The notes: generated from the sequence alone by a model not told the origin. 64,000 nucleotides of DNA from an uncultured Prevotella sp. (GCA_900553595.1 USEC01000005.1:2931-66930), one strand, 5' to 3'; shown: positions 49,854 to 59,804, counted from the stretch's first letter. Translations and numbers: made by a program.

Positions 49854-50942
49854 ATGAAAAAGAAAGAACTTTGCTACATAGCGATTGTAGCCATATTGGG
49901 CATCTCCCTGCTGTTGGGATTCGCCGTAGAAGTGTTTGGTATTGATTTGGGCAAAGCAGCATGGGCGGCGCAATGGGTGTCGTCGCCCGTCGCACTCGCC
50001 ATTGGTTTTGCCTTCGCCCTGACTTTGGGCAAGGCTTTCCCCGACTTCAACCGGACGATGTCAAAGAAGCTTTTGCAGTATTCCGTCATAGGTCTCGGAT
50101 TCGGAATGAATGTCAATAAAGCCCTGGCATCGGGTTCCGAAGGCATGATGTTCACCATTGTCAGCGTGTTCGGCACCCTCGCCTTGGGTTGGCTGTATGG
50201 CAGAAAGCTGCTGAAAGTGGATTGGCAGACAAGCTATCTGCTCTCGTCCGGAACCGCAATATGCGGCGGTTCGGCAATAGCCGCCGTCGGTCCAGTCATC
50301 AAGGCAAAGGCCGAGAGCATGTCAGTGGCTCTGGGTGTGGTGTTTATACTTAATGCCATCGCCCTGTTCATGTTCCCGTCCATCGGCGACGCACTGGGAA
50401 TGACGATGAAACAGTTCGGCATGTGGGCGGCAATAGCCATCCACGACACCTCGTCGGTAGTGGGAGCAGGCGCCGCCTACGACCAGATGCACCCGGAAGC
50501 AGTGCTCTCACAGGGCGTGAGCGCACTTGAAGTGGCGACAACAATCAAGCTCACCCGTGCGCTTTGGATAGTAGTCATCGCACTCATCACCCCCTTCTTC
50601 TTCCGCAGCAAGCTTGGCGCAGCGTCGGAAGGGCAGGCAAAACCGTGGTACAAATGCGTACCGCGCTTCATTATATGGTTTGTCGTGGCGATACTTTTCA
50701 ACACCTATATCCTCAGCAACGCCTCGCTTCTTGGCGACAGCGCAGCAGCAACGGGCGGCGAATTCAGCGGCGCCGTAAACAAGCTGGCAAAGCATCTCAT
50801 CACTCTTTCGCTCTTCTTCATCGGAGCGTCGCTCACGAAAGAGACACTGCGCAGCGTAGGCATACGTCCACTTGTGCAGGGCGTCCTGCTCTGGATAAGC
50901 ATCAGCGTGATAAGCCTCGGCTACATCTTCTGGGTGGAATGA
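49854..50942 (+). CDS. Putative sulfate exporter (YeiH/PSE) family membrane protein
   Basis: Multiple TMs; GTAICGGSAIAA, AIHDTSSV and KLTR motifs. Confidence 0.88.
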   Translation: MKKKELCYIAIVAILGISLLLGFAVEVFGIDLGKAAWAAQWVSSPVALAIGFAFALTLGKAFPDFNRTMSKKLLQYSVIGLGFGMNVNKALASGSEGMMFTIVSVFGTLALGWLYGRKLLKVDWQTSYLLSSGTAICGGSAIAAVGPVIKAKAESMSVALGVVFILNAIALFMFPSIGDALGMTMKQFGMWAAIAIHDTSSVVGAGAAYDQMHPEAVLSQGVSALEVATTIKLTRALWIVVIALITPFFFRSKLGAASEGQAKPWYKCVPRFIIWFVVAILFNTYILSNASLLGDSAAATGGEFSGAVNKLAKHLITLSLFFIGASLTKETLRSVGIRPLVQGVLLWISISVISLGYIFWVE

Positions 50943-51150
50943 CGCCCCTCCGCCTCAGGAAACGCTGTTGATATAATTCTTTTTCACATTTGAGACTCAA
51001 TGTTTTAACACGTTTTATTTGTACATTAAAGCCTTTATCCGTATATTTGCAGAACCGGTATGTATGGCAACCGTCTGCTGAAAAGGACTCCATACGGCCG
51101 GCATGAGACAGAACACATATTATAAAAACAACAGAAAAATTACAACAGCT

Positions 51151-51312
51151 ATGAAAAAGTATGTATGCGACGTATGCGGATGGGAATACGACCCCGCAAT
51201 AGGCGACCCTGAAAACGGCATCGAGCCGGGCACAGATTTCAACGACATACCATCCGATTGGGTATGCCCGCTGTGCGGAGTGGGAAAAGAAGAATTCAGC
51301 GTTGTGGAATAA
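51151..51312 (+). CDS. Rubredoxin
   Basis: [15 protein letters not shown]...WVCPLCG. Confidence 0.95.
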   Translation: MKKYVCDVCGWEYDPAIGDPENGIEPGTDFNDIPSDWVCPLCGVGKEEFSVVE

Positions 51313-51340
51313 ACGCCACACCATTTGAACATAAAGAAAG

Positions 51341-51379
51341 GATGCCCAGGCATGACGGAAGTCGTGTCTGGGCATTTTT
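51341..51379 (+). terminator. Rubredoxin terminator
   Basis: atgcccaggcatgac-ggaa-gtcgtgtctgggcat followed by a T-tract. Confidence 0.8.
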
Positions 51380-51486
51380 CATCGCCCGACGAAACACAGC
51401 CAACAGTGATTCCGGAAAAGAACCGCCGCGCGTTGTCCGACAAGCAATAACACCATTGATTTTCAAGCACATACACACTGCCTTAA

Positions 51487-51567
51487 AAAGAAGCCTTGTT
51501 TTGCCCACAAACAAGCCTTCTTTGCACTCCAAACAAGCCTTGTTTGCAACCAAAAGAAGCCTTGTTT
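51487..51567. repeat. 22-bp-period palindrome array (4 units)
   Basis: aaagaagccttgttt-tgcccac-aaacaagccttcttt-gcactcc-aaacaagccttgttt-gcaacca-aaagaagccttgttt, followed by gaaaacc. Confidence 0.9.
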
Positions 51568-51737
51568 GAAAACCAAGCATATTGCATCGTCAACGCTACC
51601 CACAGACGGCACATCACAACAAACACATAACCGACCGTAAAAACGCCCAAAATACACAAAAAACAAACTTTTGTTTGCAAAAATTTTGGCAATTAAAAAA
51701 ATATCGTTACCTTTGCACTCGCAAAAGAAAAACAGTT

Positions 51738-51810
51738 GGTGCCATAGCTCAGTTGGTAGAGCAAAGGACTGAAAATCCTTGTGTCCCCGGTTCGATTCCT
51801 GGTGGTACCA
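51738..51810 (+). tRNA. tRNA-Phe (GAA)
   Basis: GGTGCCA/TGGTACC acceptor stem; D arm AGCTCAGTTGGTAGAGC; anticodon loop CTGAAAA; T loop GGTTCGATTCC; CCA not encoded. Confidence 0.97.
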
Positions 51811-51817
51811 CACTAAG

Positions 51818-51853
51818 AAGGAGTCACTTGAAAAAGTGGCTCCTTTCTTTTTT
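51818..51853 (+). terminator. tRNA-Phe terminator
   Basis: aaggagtcactt-gaaa-aagtggctcctt followed by a T-tract. Confidence 0.85.
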
Positions 51854-51973
51854 ACATATACGGACATCACCATATTCTCAAAATTTCGCACAAAAGAACA
51901 TGGTTTCTCAATTATTCTTTTTACCTTTGTCAAGATACATTTTCACGGAAGTTCCTAAACTCTAATAAAGAAT

Positions 51974-53257
51974 ATGAAAAAACTGATTTCCATTTTAGTT
52001 TGTATAACAATAAGTGTAGTAGCATTCGCCATTGAAACAAACAGCAACTTCGGATTCAAAAGGCAGAATACAGAAAAAGAATACCAGCAATACGTCGGAC
52101 AGTCAATAGTTATACGACGCCCTCATGGATTTTCAGAAACATGGAAAGGAACAGGCCTACATCACTTGAACAACTTTTACGGAAAGACCTTTATCATCAG
52201 AAAGGTCAAAGTGAAGAGTGCAATAAAGGAAAACATACCCGTACAATGTATAACCATAAAGGCATACGAACAGGACACTAAACGAATTACAAGCTTCTGC
52301 GCTTACGACAGCCCGTCAGACCCGACAGGAGAAATTCTGACAGCTAAGGAATTGCCGTTCATCGAACATCTGCCGGTATTCTTCAGCAAGACCTTTTCCG
52401 ATTTTGTCAATAGTCAAAGAAACAGACTTATCACCAACCCTTTGGTAAAAGAAAGTTACAGAATAACCGACTTGTTTATAGGAAAAGACTCCGACAAGAA
52501 CGCTGCTACTGCAACAATCAATGCCAGAATAAAGAGCACGGAGACAGGCGAAATTTCCACATTCCCCTATTCTGAAATAGACACCCAACCATTCAGTTAT
52601 GCATTGAAAATGACACATAACCCTATACTTGAACGTGTGGAAAAGCCCTTGGATTCCAGCAAACGATATGGAGAAATTACAACCATACAAGATGAAGGAT
52701 TGACAAAGTTTTCGTTTAAAGACAATACAATCGCAGCTTTAACATTTTGCATGGACGACAAATTCGTATTCAAACTTGACAACATATCAGACCACTCCAT
52801 AAAAATTTTATGGGACGATGCAAGCTATGTTGATATGAATGGAGTCACATCAAAAATCATGCATACGACCATAAAATATTCAGAACGCTCCAACCATCAA
52901 ACTCCTACGACTATCATAAGTGGTGCAAGTCTCCTCGATTGTGCATTGCCTATCAACAATGTGTACTTGGATGAGACCTTAAATACAAAATATATCAACC
53001 ATAAAAGTTATTCACATACGCTCGGACTTTTCACTATGACGACAACATATCTAACTGTTGAAGACGTATGGAAAACCCGACCACTCATTCCAACAGGTTT
53101 TGAAACACAATCGCTTACGGGCAAAAAGCTTCGCCTCATGCTGCCAATCGAAGTCAAAGGAGTGGTGAATGAATACACTTTTATATTTAACATAGAATCG
53201 GAATACGCCCACCCGGAGCTGCTCAACATAGACAAAAAGAAATATTATTCAATGTGA
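51974..53257 (+). CDS. AT-rich hypothetical secreted protein
   Basis: 427-aa ORF with a signal peptide; visibly lower GC than its neighbours. Confidence 0.75.
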   Translation: MKKLISILVCITISVVAFAIETNSNFGFKRQNTEKEYQQYVGQSIVIRRPHGFSETWKGTGLHHLNNFYGKTFIIRKVKVKSAIKENIPVQCITIKAYEQDTKRITSFCAYDSPSDPTGEILTAKELPFIEHLPVFFSKTFSDFVNSQRNRLITNPLVKESYRITDLFIGKDSDKNAATATINARIKSTETGEISTFPYSEIDTQPFSYALKMTHNPILERVEKPLDSSKRYGEITTIQDEGLTKFSFKDNTIAALTFCMDDKFVFKLDNISDHSIKILWDDASYVDMNGVTSKIMHTTIKYSERSNHQTPTTIISGASLLDCALPINNVYLDETLNTKYINHKSYSHTLGLFTMTTTYLTVEDVWKTRPLIPTGFETQSLTGKKLRLMLPIEVKGVVNEYTFIFNIESEYAHPELLNIDKKKYYSM

Positions 53258-53266
53258 TTCCACTAT

Positions 53267-53305
53267 AAAAAACGAGTTATTCAGTAATGAACAACTCGTT
53301 TTTTT
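53267..53305. terminator. Intrinsic (bidirectional-type) terminator
   Basis: aaaaaacgagtt ... aactcgttttttt. Confidence 0.8.
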
Positions 53306-53363
53306 GTGCTCAAAACATACTGCCACACATTAATAATATAGCGAAAATGAGTACCTTTGCACC

Positions 53364-55886
53364 ATGATTTATCCGAATAACTTTGAAAACAAGATACAGT
53401 TCAATGAGATACGCTCATTGCTGAAAGGCTATTGCCTGTGCCGGCTGGGCAAGGACAAGGTGGACGAAATGGCTTTCACCGACGACGCCGGACGCATAAA
53501 CACGCTGCTAAGACAAACCAGAGAGTTCAGAAGACTGCAGGAAGAGGCCGACGACTTCCCGTTGCAATTCTTCTTCGACATGCGTGAATCGATAAAGCGC
53601 ATACGCATAGAAGGCACACATCTCGAAGAGAACGAAATCTTCGACCTGCGCCGTTCGCTTGAAACGATAGCCGCCATCGTGCGCTTTCTCGGCAGAAGCG
53701 ACGACAACGGCAACTACAACTACCCCACTCTGCAAACTCTCACCGAAGGCGTACTAACATTCGCCGACATCATACGACGCATCGACCAGATACTCGACAA
53801 GTACGGACACATAAAGGACAGCGCCTCGCCACGGCTCGCAGAGATACGCTCGCAGCTGCAAAAGGCAGAAGGAAGCGTCTCCCGCACACTCAACAACATA
53901 CTGCGGGCAGCACAGAGCGAAGGACTCATCGAGAAGGATGTGACACCCACTCTGCGCGACGGCCGACTCGTAGTACCAATAGCCCCGGCACTGAAACGGC
54001 GCATAAAGGGCATCGTACACGACGAGTCATCGACAGGAAAGACCGTGTTTGTGGAGCCTAACGAAGTGGTGGAAGCCAACAACCGCATACGGGAACTCGA
54101 AGCAGACGAACGCCGTGAGATAATAGTGATACTCACCGAGTTTACAAAACTCGTGCGGCCGCACATCGACGACATCATCAACGCCTACCGTCTGCTTGCC
54201 GAAGTCGATTTCATACGGGCACGCGCCGAACTGGCACGGACTACCAACGCCATCGAACCCACAGTAGAAAACCAGCCCCTTATGGACTGGATTACGGCAC
54301 GACACCCGCTGCTATGGCTCGCACTGAAGAAGCAGGACAAGCCCATCGTACCACTCGACATCACACTGACACGCGACAGTCACATCCTCATAATATCTGG
54401 TCCCAATGCCGGCGGCAAGTCGGTGTGCCTCAAGACAGTGGGTCTGCTGCAATACATGTTGCAGTGCGGACTCTCCATCCCCGTGAGCGAACGCTCCAAA
54501 ACAGGCGTGTTCCACGACGTGATGATAGACATAGGCGACGAGCAAAGCATCGAGAACGACCTCTCGACCTACTCCTCACACCTGCTCAACATGAAGAACA
54601 TGATGCGGCAGGCAGGCGACGCCACACTGCTGCTGATTGACGAATTCGGCACAGGCACCGAGCCGCAGATAGGCGGAGCGATGGCAGAAGCCGTGCTGTG
54701 CCAGTTTGTAAAGAAGCACGCATGGGGCGTAATCACCACCCACTATCAGAACCTCAAGCACTTTGCCGACTCGCATGAGGGCATAGCCAACGGTGCAATG
54801 CTCTACGACCGCCACGAGATGCGGCCGCTGTTCCAGCTCGCCATAGGTCAGCCAGGCTCTTCGTTCGCCATAGAGATAGCCCGCAAGACGGGCATTCCCG
54901 ACGAGGTGATACGCCAAGCAAGCGACATCGTAGGCTCCGACTACATACAAAGCGACAAATATCTGCAGGACATTGTGCGAGACAAACGCTATTGGGAGAA
55001 CAAAAGGCAGAACGTGCACCAGCGCGAAAAAGACCTGGAGAAGACCATAGCAAAGTATGAGGAAGAAATAAAGGAACTCGACCGCAAGCGGAAGGAGATA
55101 CTGCGGCAGGCAAAGGAACAGGCGCAGGAACTGCTGAAGGAAAGCAACCGTAACATAGAGAACACCATTCGCGAAATACGCGAATGCCAGGCCGAGAAGG
55201 AAGAGACAAAGCGTCTGCGCGAAGAACTGAACGCCTTCAAGACCGATGTGAACGAGATAGACACAAAACAGAACGACGACCTCATAGAAAAGAAAATGAG
55301 GCAGATAATGGAACGTAAGGAACGCCGCGAAAAAAGAAAGAAGGAAAAGAAGGAAAACAGCACCAAACCTGCCGCCACACAGGCTCCCACCCTGCCGTCG
55401 GCAACACCTTCTTCGGCAAGACAGGCGTTCGCCGTGGGCGACACAGTGCGCATGCGCGGACTCACAACAGTGGGAACCGTGGAGACAACCGACGGCAAAC
55501 AATGCACCGTAGTGTTCGGCGATGTGCGCACGAAAGTGCCTTCGTCACGACTCGAACACACTACAAAACCTGTAGAGTCGAGCCGTCCCGCCACCTTCGG
55601 CATAAGCCGCGAGACACGCCAGACGATAGACAGTCACAAGCTGAACTTCCATCAAGACCTCGACGTGAGGGGTATGCGGGGCGACGAAGCACTCAACGCC
55701 GTGCAGCACTTCATTGACGATGCCATACTCGTGGGAATGTCGCGGGTGCGCATCCTGCACGGCAAAGGCAACGGAATACTGCGCCAGCTCATACGCCAGT
55801 ACCTGAATTCAGTGCCAAATGTCATCGGGTGCAAGGACGAACATGTGCAGTTTGGCGGCGCCGGCATAACGGTGGTGGACTTCTAA
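53364..55886 (+). CDS. mutS2: Endonuclease MutS2 (Smr domain)
   Basis: ISGPNAGGKS, DIGDEQSI, DEFGTGT and TTHY motifs; coiled coil; Smr domain LDVRG...ILHGKG. Confidence 0.95.
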   Translation: MIYPNNFENKIQFNEIRSLLKGYCLCRLGKDKVDEMAFTDDAGRINTLLRQTREFRRLQEEADDFPLQFFFDMRESIKRIRIEGTHLEENEIFDLRRSLETIAAIVRFLGRSDDNGNYNYPTLQTLTEGVLTFADIIRRIDQILDKYGHIKDSASPRLAEIRSQLQKAEGSVSRTLNNILRAAQSEGLIEKDVTPTLRDGRLVVPIAPALKRRIKGIVHDESSTGKTVFVEPNEVVEANNRIRELEADERREIIVILTEFTKLVRPHIDDIINAYRLLAEVDFIRARAELARTTNAIEPTVENQPLMDWITARHPLLWLALKKQDKPIVPLDITLTRDSHILIISGPNAGGKSVCLKTVGLLQYMLQCGLSIPVSERSKTGVFHDVMIDIGDEQSIENDLSTYSSHLLNMKNMMRQAGDATLLLIDEFGTGTEPQIGGAMAEAVLCQFVKKHAWGVITTHYQNLKHFADSHEGIANGAMLYDRHEMRPLFQLAIGQPGSSFAIEIARKTGIPDEVIRQASDIVGSDYIQSDKYLQDIVRDKRYWENKRQNVHQREKDLEKTIAKYEEEIKELDRKRKEILRQAKEQAQELLKESNRNIENTIREIRECQAEKEETKRLREELNAFKTDVNEIDTKQNDDLIEKKMRQIMERKERREKRKKEKKENSTKPAATQAPTLPSATPSSARQAFAVGDTVRMRGLTTVGTVETTDGKQCTVVFGDVRTKVPSSRLEHTTKPVESSRPATFGISRETRQTIDSHKLNFHQDLDVRGMRGDEALNAVQHFIDDAILVGMSRVRILHGKGNGILRQLIRQYLNSVPNVIGCKDEHVQFGGAGITVVDF

Positions 55887-57026
55887 TCAGCGTGCCACCG
55901 TCACCACATCGTTTGTCCCGCACGGCATACGGATGCTCTTTTCCGACAGCGGGACATCGGCACTTATGGCGTATTCCGTCTTCTGCCGTTCGAGAGGAAT
56001 GTGCAACTGCACTTTCCCGGAAGCGTCGGTACGGGTCTTTATCCCGTCAATGGTGACGCCGCAGCCGCCCAACATGCGCTCGGCGTTGATGTCCCAGATG
56101 CCGAACCGTACATTGCCGAACACCGAAGCATCACGCTTCAGCGGCACAGCCATGTCGCGCCTGAGCACCAGAACGGTGTCAAGCGGCAAGCAGTTCAGAC
56201 ACCGTACCGAAACATTCACGCTCCTGCCAAGGAAGCGGTGAGGGATGTTATGGAACATGAGGCAGCCGGATGCGCTGCGTATGGTGTCGGTCTTCCTCTC
56301 CTTTCCAAGCTCCATCGTGACGACAGCATCACGGAGCGGCGGCAGATTGTCATTGTGAACGGTCTGTTCAGCTATGCTCATGGCGACGGAAACGGGCCTG
56401 TTCTGAATCCATACACCAAGCAACGCCAAGACAAAGGAGAACGTTCCCAACAGCCATCCAGCCATTTTCCGAATCATCATACGGCGGTGTCGCTGCCAAA
56501 TGCTGTCGAACTCCACGCCGAGCAACTTCGTTATGAGCTGCACATAAGCCCTCTCACGATTCAACCAAGACCATCTGAACACCTTTTCATTAATGTTGGC
56601 ACCAAGTATTTCGGGTATGCCGAGAGTGTCGATAATGGGATTGAAGCACTCAGACGACGCATCACCGCTGTGCGGAACACCATCGATGATGAAGAAATGA
56701 ATACTGTCCGTGCGCCCCAACTCATGGAAAAAGGCAATCTCCCTGCCCACCCATTCGGAAGTGGCGGAGTGTGGCGAGCACACGACAATGAGGTTTCGCG
56801 AACAGCGCAGACGCTCCTGCAGCTCGGCAGAGAGTCCGCCCGGCTGTATGTCGTTGGGTGCAAAGAACACCGGTTTCATCGGATTGCGTTTCCAGCCATG
56901 CTCGTTGCACATAGCAACAGGCATACGGTAGCCCTCCAATTTCTTCTGCAAACGCTCGCCCCAACGTGTGTCATACGAGCTGAACGATATGAAAGCGAAA
57001 TATTTATACTCCTGTTCCATCATCAT
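55887..57026 (-). CDS. TIR domain - transmembrane helix - periplasmic beta-sandwich protein
   Basis: FAFISFS..D, LIVVCSP.S..SEWV.RE (TIR, Glu96); basic cluster then TM at ~188-207; beta-rich C-terminus (VTIDG...TDASG). Confidence 0.85.
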   Translation of the reverse strand: MMMEQEYKYFAFISFSSYDTRWGERLQKKLEGYRMPVAMCNEHGWKRNPMKPVFFAPNDIQPGGLSAELQERLRCSRNLIVVCSPHSATSEWVGREIAFFHELGRTDSIHFFIIDGVPHSGDASSECFNPIIDTLGIPEILGANINEKVFRWSWLNRERAYVQLITKLLGVEFDSIWQRHRRMMIRKMAGWLLGTFSFVLALLGVWIQNRPVSVAMSIAEQTVHNDNLPPLRDAVVTMELGKERKTDTIRSASGCLMFHNIPHRFLGRSVNVSVRCLNCLPLDTVLVLRRDMAVPLKRDASVFGNVRFGIWDINAERMLGGCGVTIDGIKTRTDASGKVQLHIPLERQKTEYAISADVPLSEKSIRMPCGTNDVVTVAR

Positions 57027-59590
57027 TTCCTTTCTTCAAGTTTTTTCTTCAACATCTCCACATCATCACGCCTCTTGGCCGGAATCACTCCTTGACGAGC
57101 GAGACGGTCGAGGTAACTGATTGCTATTTGTGGAAAATCAACACACCATTTCATGAGTATCTGCTCCGCATCGTTGTATTTTCCCTTCATCAGTAAGGCG
57201 ATACCAAGATGTCTATAGGCACTCTTTGAATCCTTGTTGAGTTGCAACATTTCCTTAGCAATAGTTTCTGCTTCACTGAATCGACCGAGCATATTGGCAG
57301 TTACCGCCTGTATGGAGAGCCGTTCAACATAAAACTTGAGCGATTTTGCCCCTCCATCTGCACGCTTTTTCAATGTGGGCAGTATGTCGTTGTTCACCCT
57401 ATATGCCATCTCGTATTTACGCAACGCAATATACACATTCACAAGATGCTCTTTCACCTCAAGCACATTCTCACTGTATGCATCGCTATGCTTTGCCAAC
57501 CGCTCATAAATAGAGAGTGATTCCGCAAACAGACCCTCGCTCTCAGCACTACGTGAATGGACATATAAGAATCTGGCTAACTCTTTTTCGGCAGATGCAA
57601 GCGATGCATCAAATGCGAGCGAGAAGGTTGCAGACAGACGTTTCAATGTGGCGACAGAACTGCGATACATCCGTTCGGCATCGTCTTCACGCTTCATTTC
57701 TTCATAACGCTCAGCCAGAAAGTTCTGGCATTTCACCACTTTATTTCCATATACTTGCGGGTAAGCCTCGGCAAAACGAACATATATGGCCAAAGCCTCC
57801 TTACACATCTGCTCGCACTGCTGATACTTCCGCATGTATTTATAAAGGATTGCTTTCTTGTGAAGAATGCTGGCCTTATATGGTTCATATACACTCGGGA
57901 AATATGCGGAAAGCGAATCTATTGCCGACAAGGCTGCATCATACATCCTTTCACACTCCGCATAACGATCCGTCATCAACAAAACATCCCCCAATGCTGT
58001 ACGCACGTTGTTCAAATCCGTTGTGAACGCCTGAGGATTCTCCTGTGCAAGACGCTCCAATAAAGACAAGGAAGCCTTGAATTCAGCCTCGCTTTCAGAC
58101 AGGCGTTTTGTCCGAAAATAGCAGTCACCCAAAGCTTGCTTGCTCAAAGCCAGAGCATGTTCATACTTAGCAGTGGAGTTTCCAGCAAGATGTTCGAAAG
58201 CAGAGTTGGCTTCCTTACAGTAACGCTCACTTTCAGCATACTTCTTCTCATCAAGGTAGAGAAGCGACAGATTGTGTTTCACTAACGCCAATTCGTAGTC
58301 AAACTTTCCAGAATTTTCCGTATTAAGACGCTCAAACAGAGCCAATGACAACAAGAACAAATGCTCGCTCTCTTCCCATTTCCCGATGTTACTGCAAACG
58401 AGTGCAAAGTTCATCTGTGCTGTAGCAAGCATAGCGTCATATTTCTCTGGGGCTGATGCAGCAAGGCCTTCCCATAATGAAATCACCTTCCGGTAGGTCT
58501 TTTCACACTCACCGTAGCGATTGAGGTTGTAATAAAGCGATGCCATGTCGGTTAATCCTGCGGCATACCAATGTGCATACGACACGGAATCACCCCTCAT
58601 GAGTTGCTCAGCCTTAGCAATAAATTTCTTGAAATAGGTTTCTGCTTCATCATAAATGTTCTGTTTCATACAGAATTGGGCGCAATCACCTATTTCGCGC
58701 AGCGTGCAGAGCGTGTCGGCAAGGTACTTCTGTAGTTCCAGAGCCTTGTCCCATTCGTTGTTCATCTTGTATGAAGCCAGCTGCGCACGCAGACTCTCAG
58801 CGTAGCGTTTTTGGTCGCCACGGGCAAGCTGAACCACTGTGTCCGCCTTCTGGCGCAGTGCCTCTGCGTCGCGTTCCAGGCGTATTGCGTCGGAGAGTTT
58901 GCGCCTGTAGTCGCCGCTTTCAAAGAGTCGCAGGGCTGCATCGAAGTCGCCTTTGTAGAACAAATCAATGGCTCGTTGCGACAGGGTATCGACTTCGCTG
59001 AGGTCGATGCGTGCCAACACGTCGGCACAACCGTCCATCTGCTGCTGCGCCATTTCGAGTTCGCGCTGCACGGAGTCGAGCTTCACTATGTATTCCTCTT
59101 CCCGCAGACGGTTGTCCTTCAGCTGCTGTTCGAGCCAGTTTATCCTCCTGTCGCACTTCTGACGGGCTATGCGCTTGCCGTGTTCTATGAGCGTATTCTT
59201 CTGCCGTTGGAAGAAGTCGGCATCGCAAAGCACCACGCATAGCGGTTCCATGCGAACGCTCCACTCGTCCACCGCCTGCTGGTTGAACACCATCATGCCC
59301 TTCTTCACCACCACAGGCCGCCCTATGCGCATACCCATACGCAGTCCGCTGAGGGTAAGGGCGAACTTTCCTGTGAGCGAATCGCTCTTCACTGCGTTGC
59401 CAGCCGAGCCCACCTTTATATATACATTGCCCAAAGGCGTGTGCGGCTTCGCACCGTTATAACGACAGGTAACGCCCTGCTGCGTCAGCGTCTGTCCGAA
59501 GACTGAAACGCCGACAGCAAGCAACGCCACAAGCATGAAGCCTCTTCTGAAAAGCGACATCATAGCAACCGATTTCCCGTTCCCATTCAT
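57023..59590 (-). CDS. Secreted tetratricopeptide-repeat protein (~47-aa long-TPR repeats)
   Basis: Signal peptide ...VSVFG|QT; coiled coil; about 10 repeats of type A...N...Y....R..E.E..Y..AL...RLA...P..Y. Start is ATG 59590 or 59563, since TAAATTTG at 59621-59628 overlaps the track's TTG start. Confidence 0.85.
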   Translation of the reverse strand: MNGNGKSVAMMSLFRRGFMLVALLAVGVSVFGQTLTQQGVTCRYNGAKPHTPLGNVYIKVGSAGNAVKSDSLTGKFALTLSGLRMGMRIGRPVVVKKGMMVFNQQAVDEWSVRMEPLCVVLCDADFFQRQKNTLIEHGKRIARQKCDRRINWLEQQLKDNRLREEEYIVKLDSVQRELEMAQQQMDGCADVLARIDLSEVDTLSQRAIDLFYKGDFDAALRLFESGDYRRKLSDAIRLERDAEALRQKADTVVQLARGDQKRYAESLRAQLASYKMNNEWDKALELQKYLADTLCTLREIGDCAQFCMKQNIYDEAETYFKKFIAKAEQLMRGDSVSYAHWYAAGLTDMASLYYNLNRYGECEKTYRKVISLWEGLAASAPEKYDAMLATAQMNFALVCSNIGKWEESEHLFLLSLALFERLNTENSGKFDYELALVKHNLSLLYLDEKKYAESERYCKEANSAFEHLAGNSTAKYEHALALSKQALGDCYFRTKRLSESEAEFKASLSLLERLAQENPQAFTTDLNNVRTALGDVLLMTDRYAECERMYDAALSAIDSLSAYFPSVYEPYKASILHKKAILYKYMRKYQQCEQMCKEALAIYVRFAEAYPQVYGNKVVKCQNFLAERYEEMKREDDAERMYRSSVATLKRLSATFSLAFDASLASAEKELARFLYVHSRSAESEGLFAESLSIYERLAKHSDAYSENVLEVKEHLVNVYIALRKYEMAYRVNNDILPTLKKRADGGAKSLKFYVERLSIQAVTANMLGRFSEAETIAKEMLQLNKDSKSAYRHLGIALLMKGKYNDAEQILMKWCVDFPQIAISYLDRLARQGVIPAKRRDDVEMLKKKLEERK

Positions 59591-59804
59591 AATGTCATCC
59601 AAATTAATGGTTTCCGCCGTCAAATTTACAAAAAAACGGATGAAAATATAAGTCAGAATACAGTTTTTTTCTCATTGTTTGCAAAACGGCGACATCAAAA
59701 TAAAGAAACATGCACACTGCCTTACTGCAACATCCATCGACTGCTTCCTTGCGAAACCAGCATTGGACGACCTTCACGGCCCAGTCGCCCACCAACCTTT
59801 CACA

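Noticed and set aside
51738..53360. Integrative element or prophage at tRNA-Phe
   Set aside because: No integrase and no direct repeat of the tRNA 3' end was found; kept only as an AT-rich islet.
55887..57026. Canonical Thoeris, CBASS or Avs system
   Set aside because: No ThsA (SIR2/SLOG/Macro), cyclase, SAVED/STING or STAND NTPase gene is adjacent, and the TPR protein has no P-loop.
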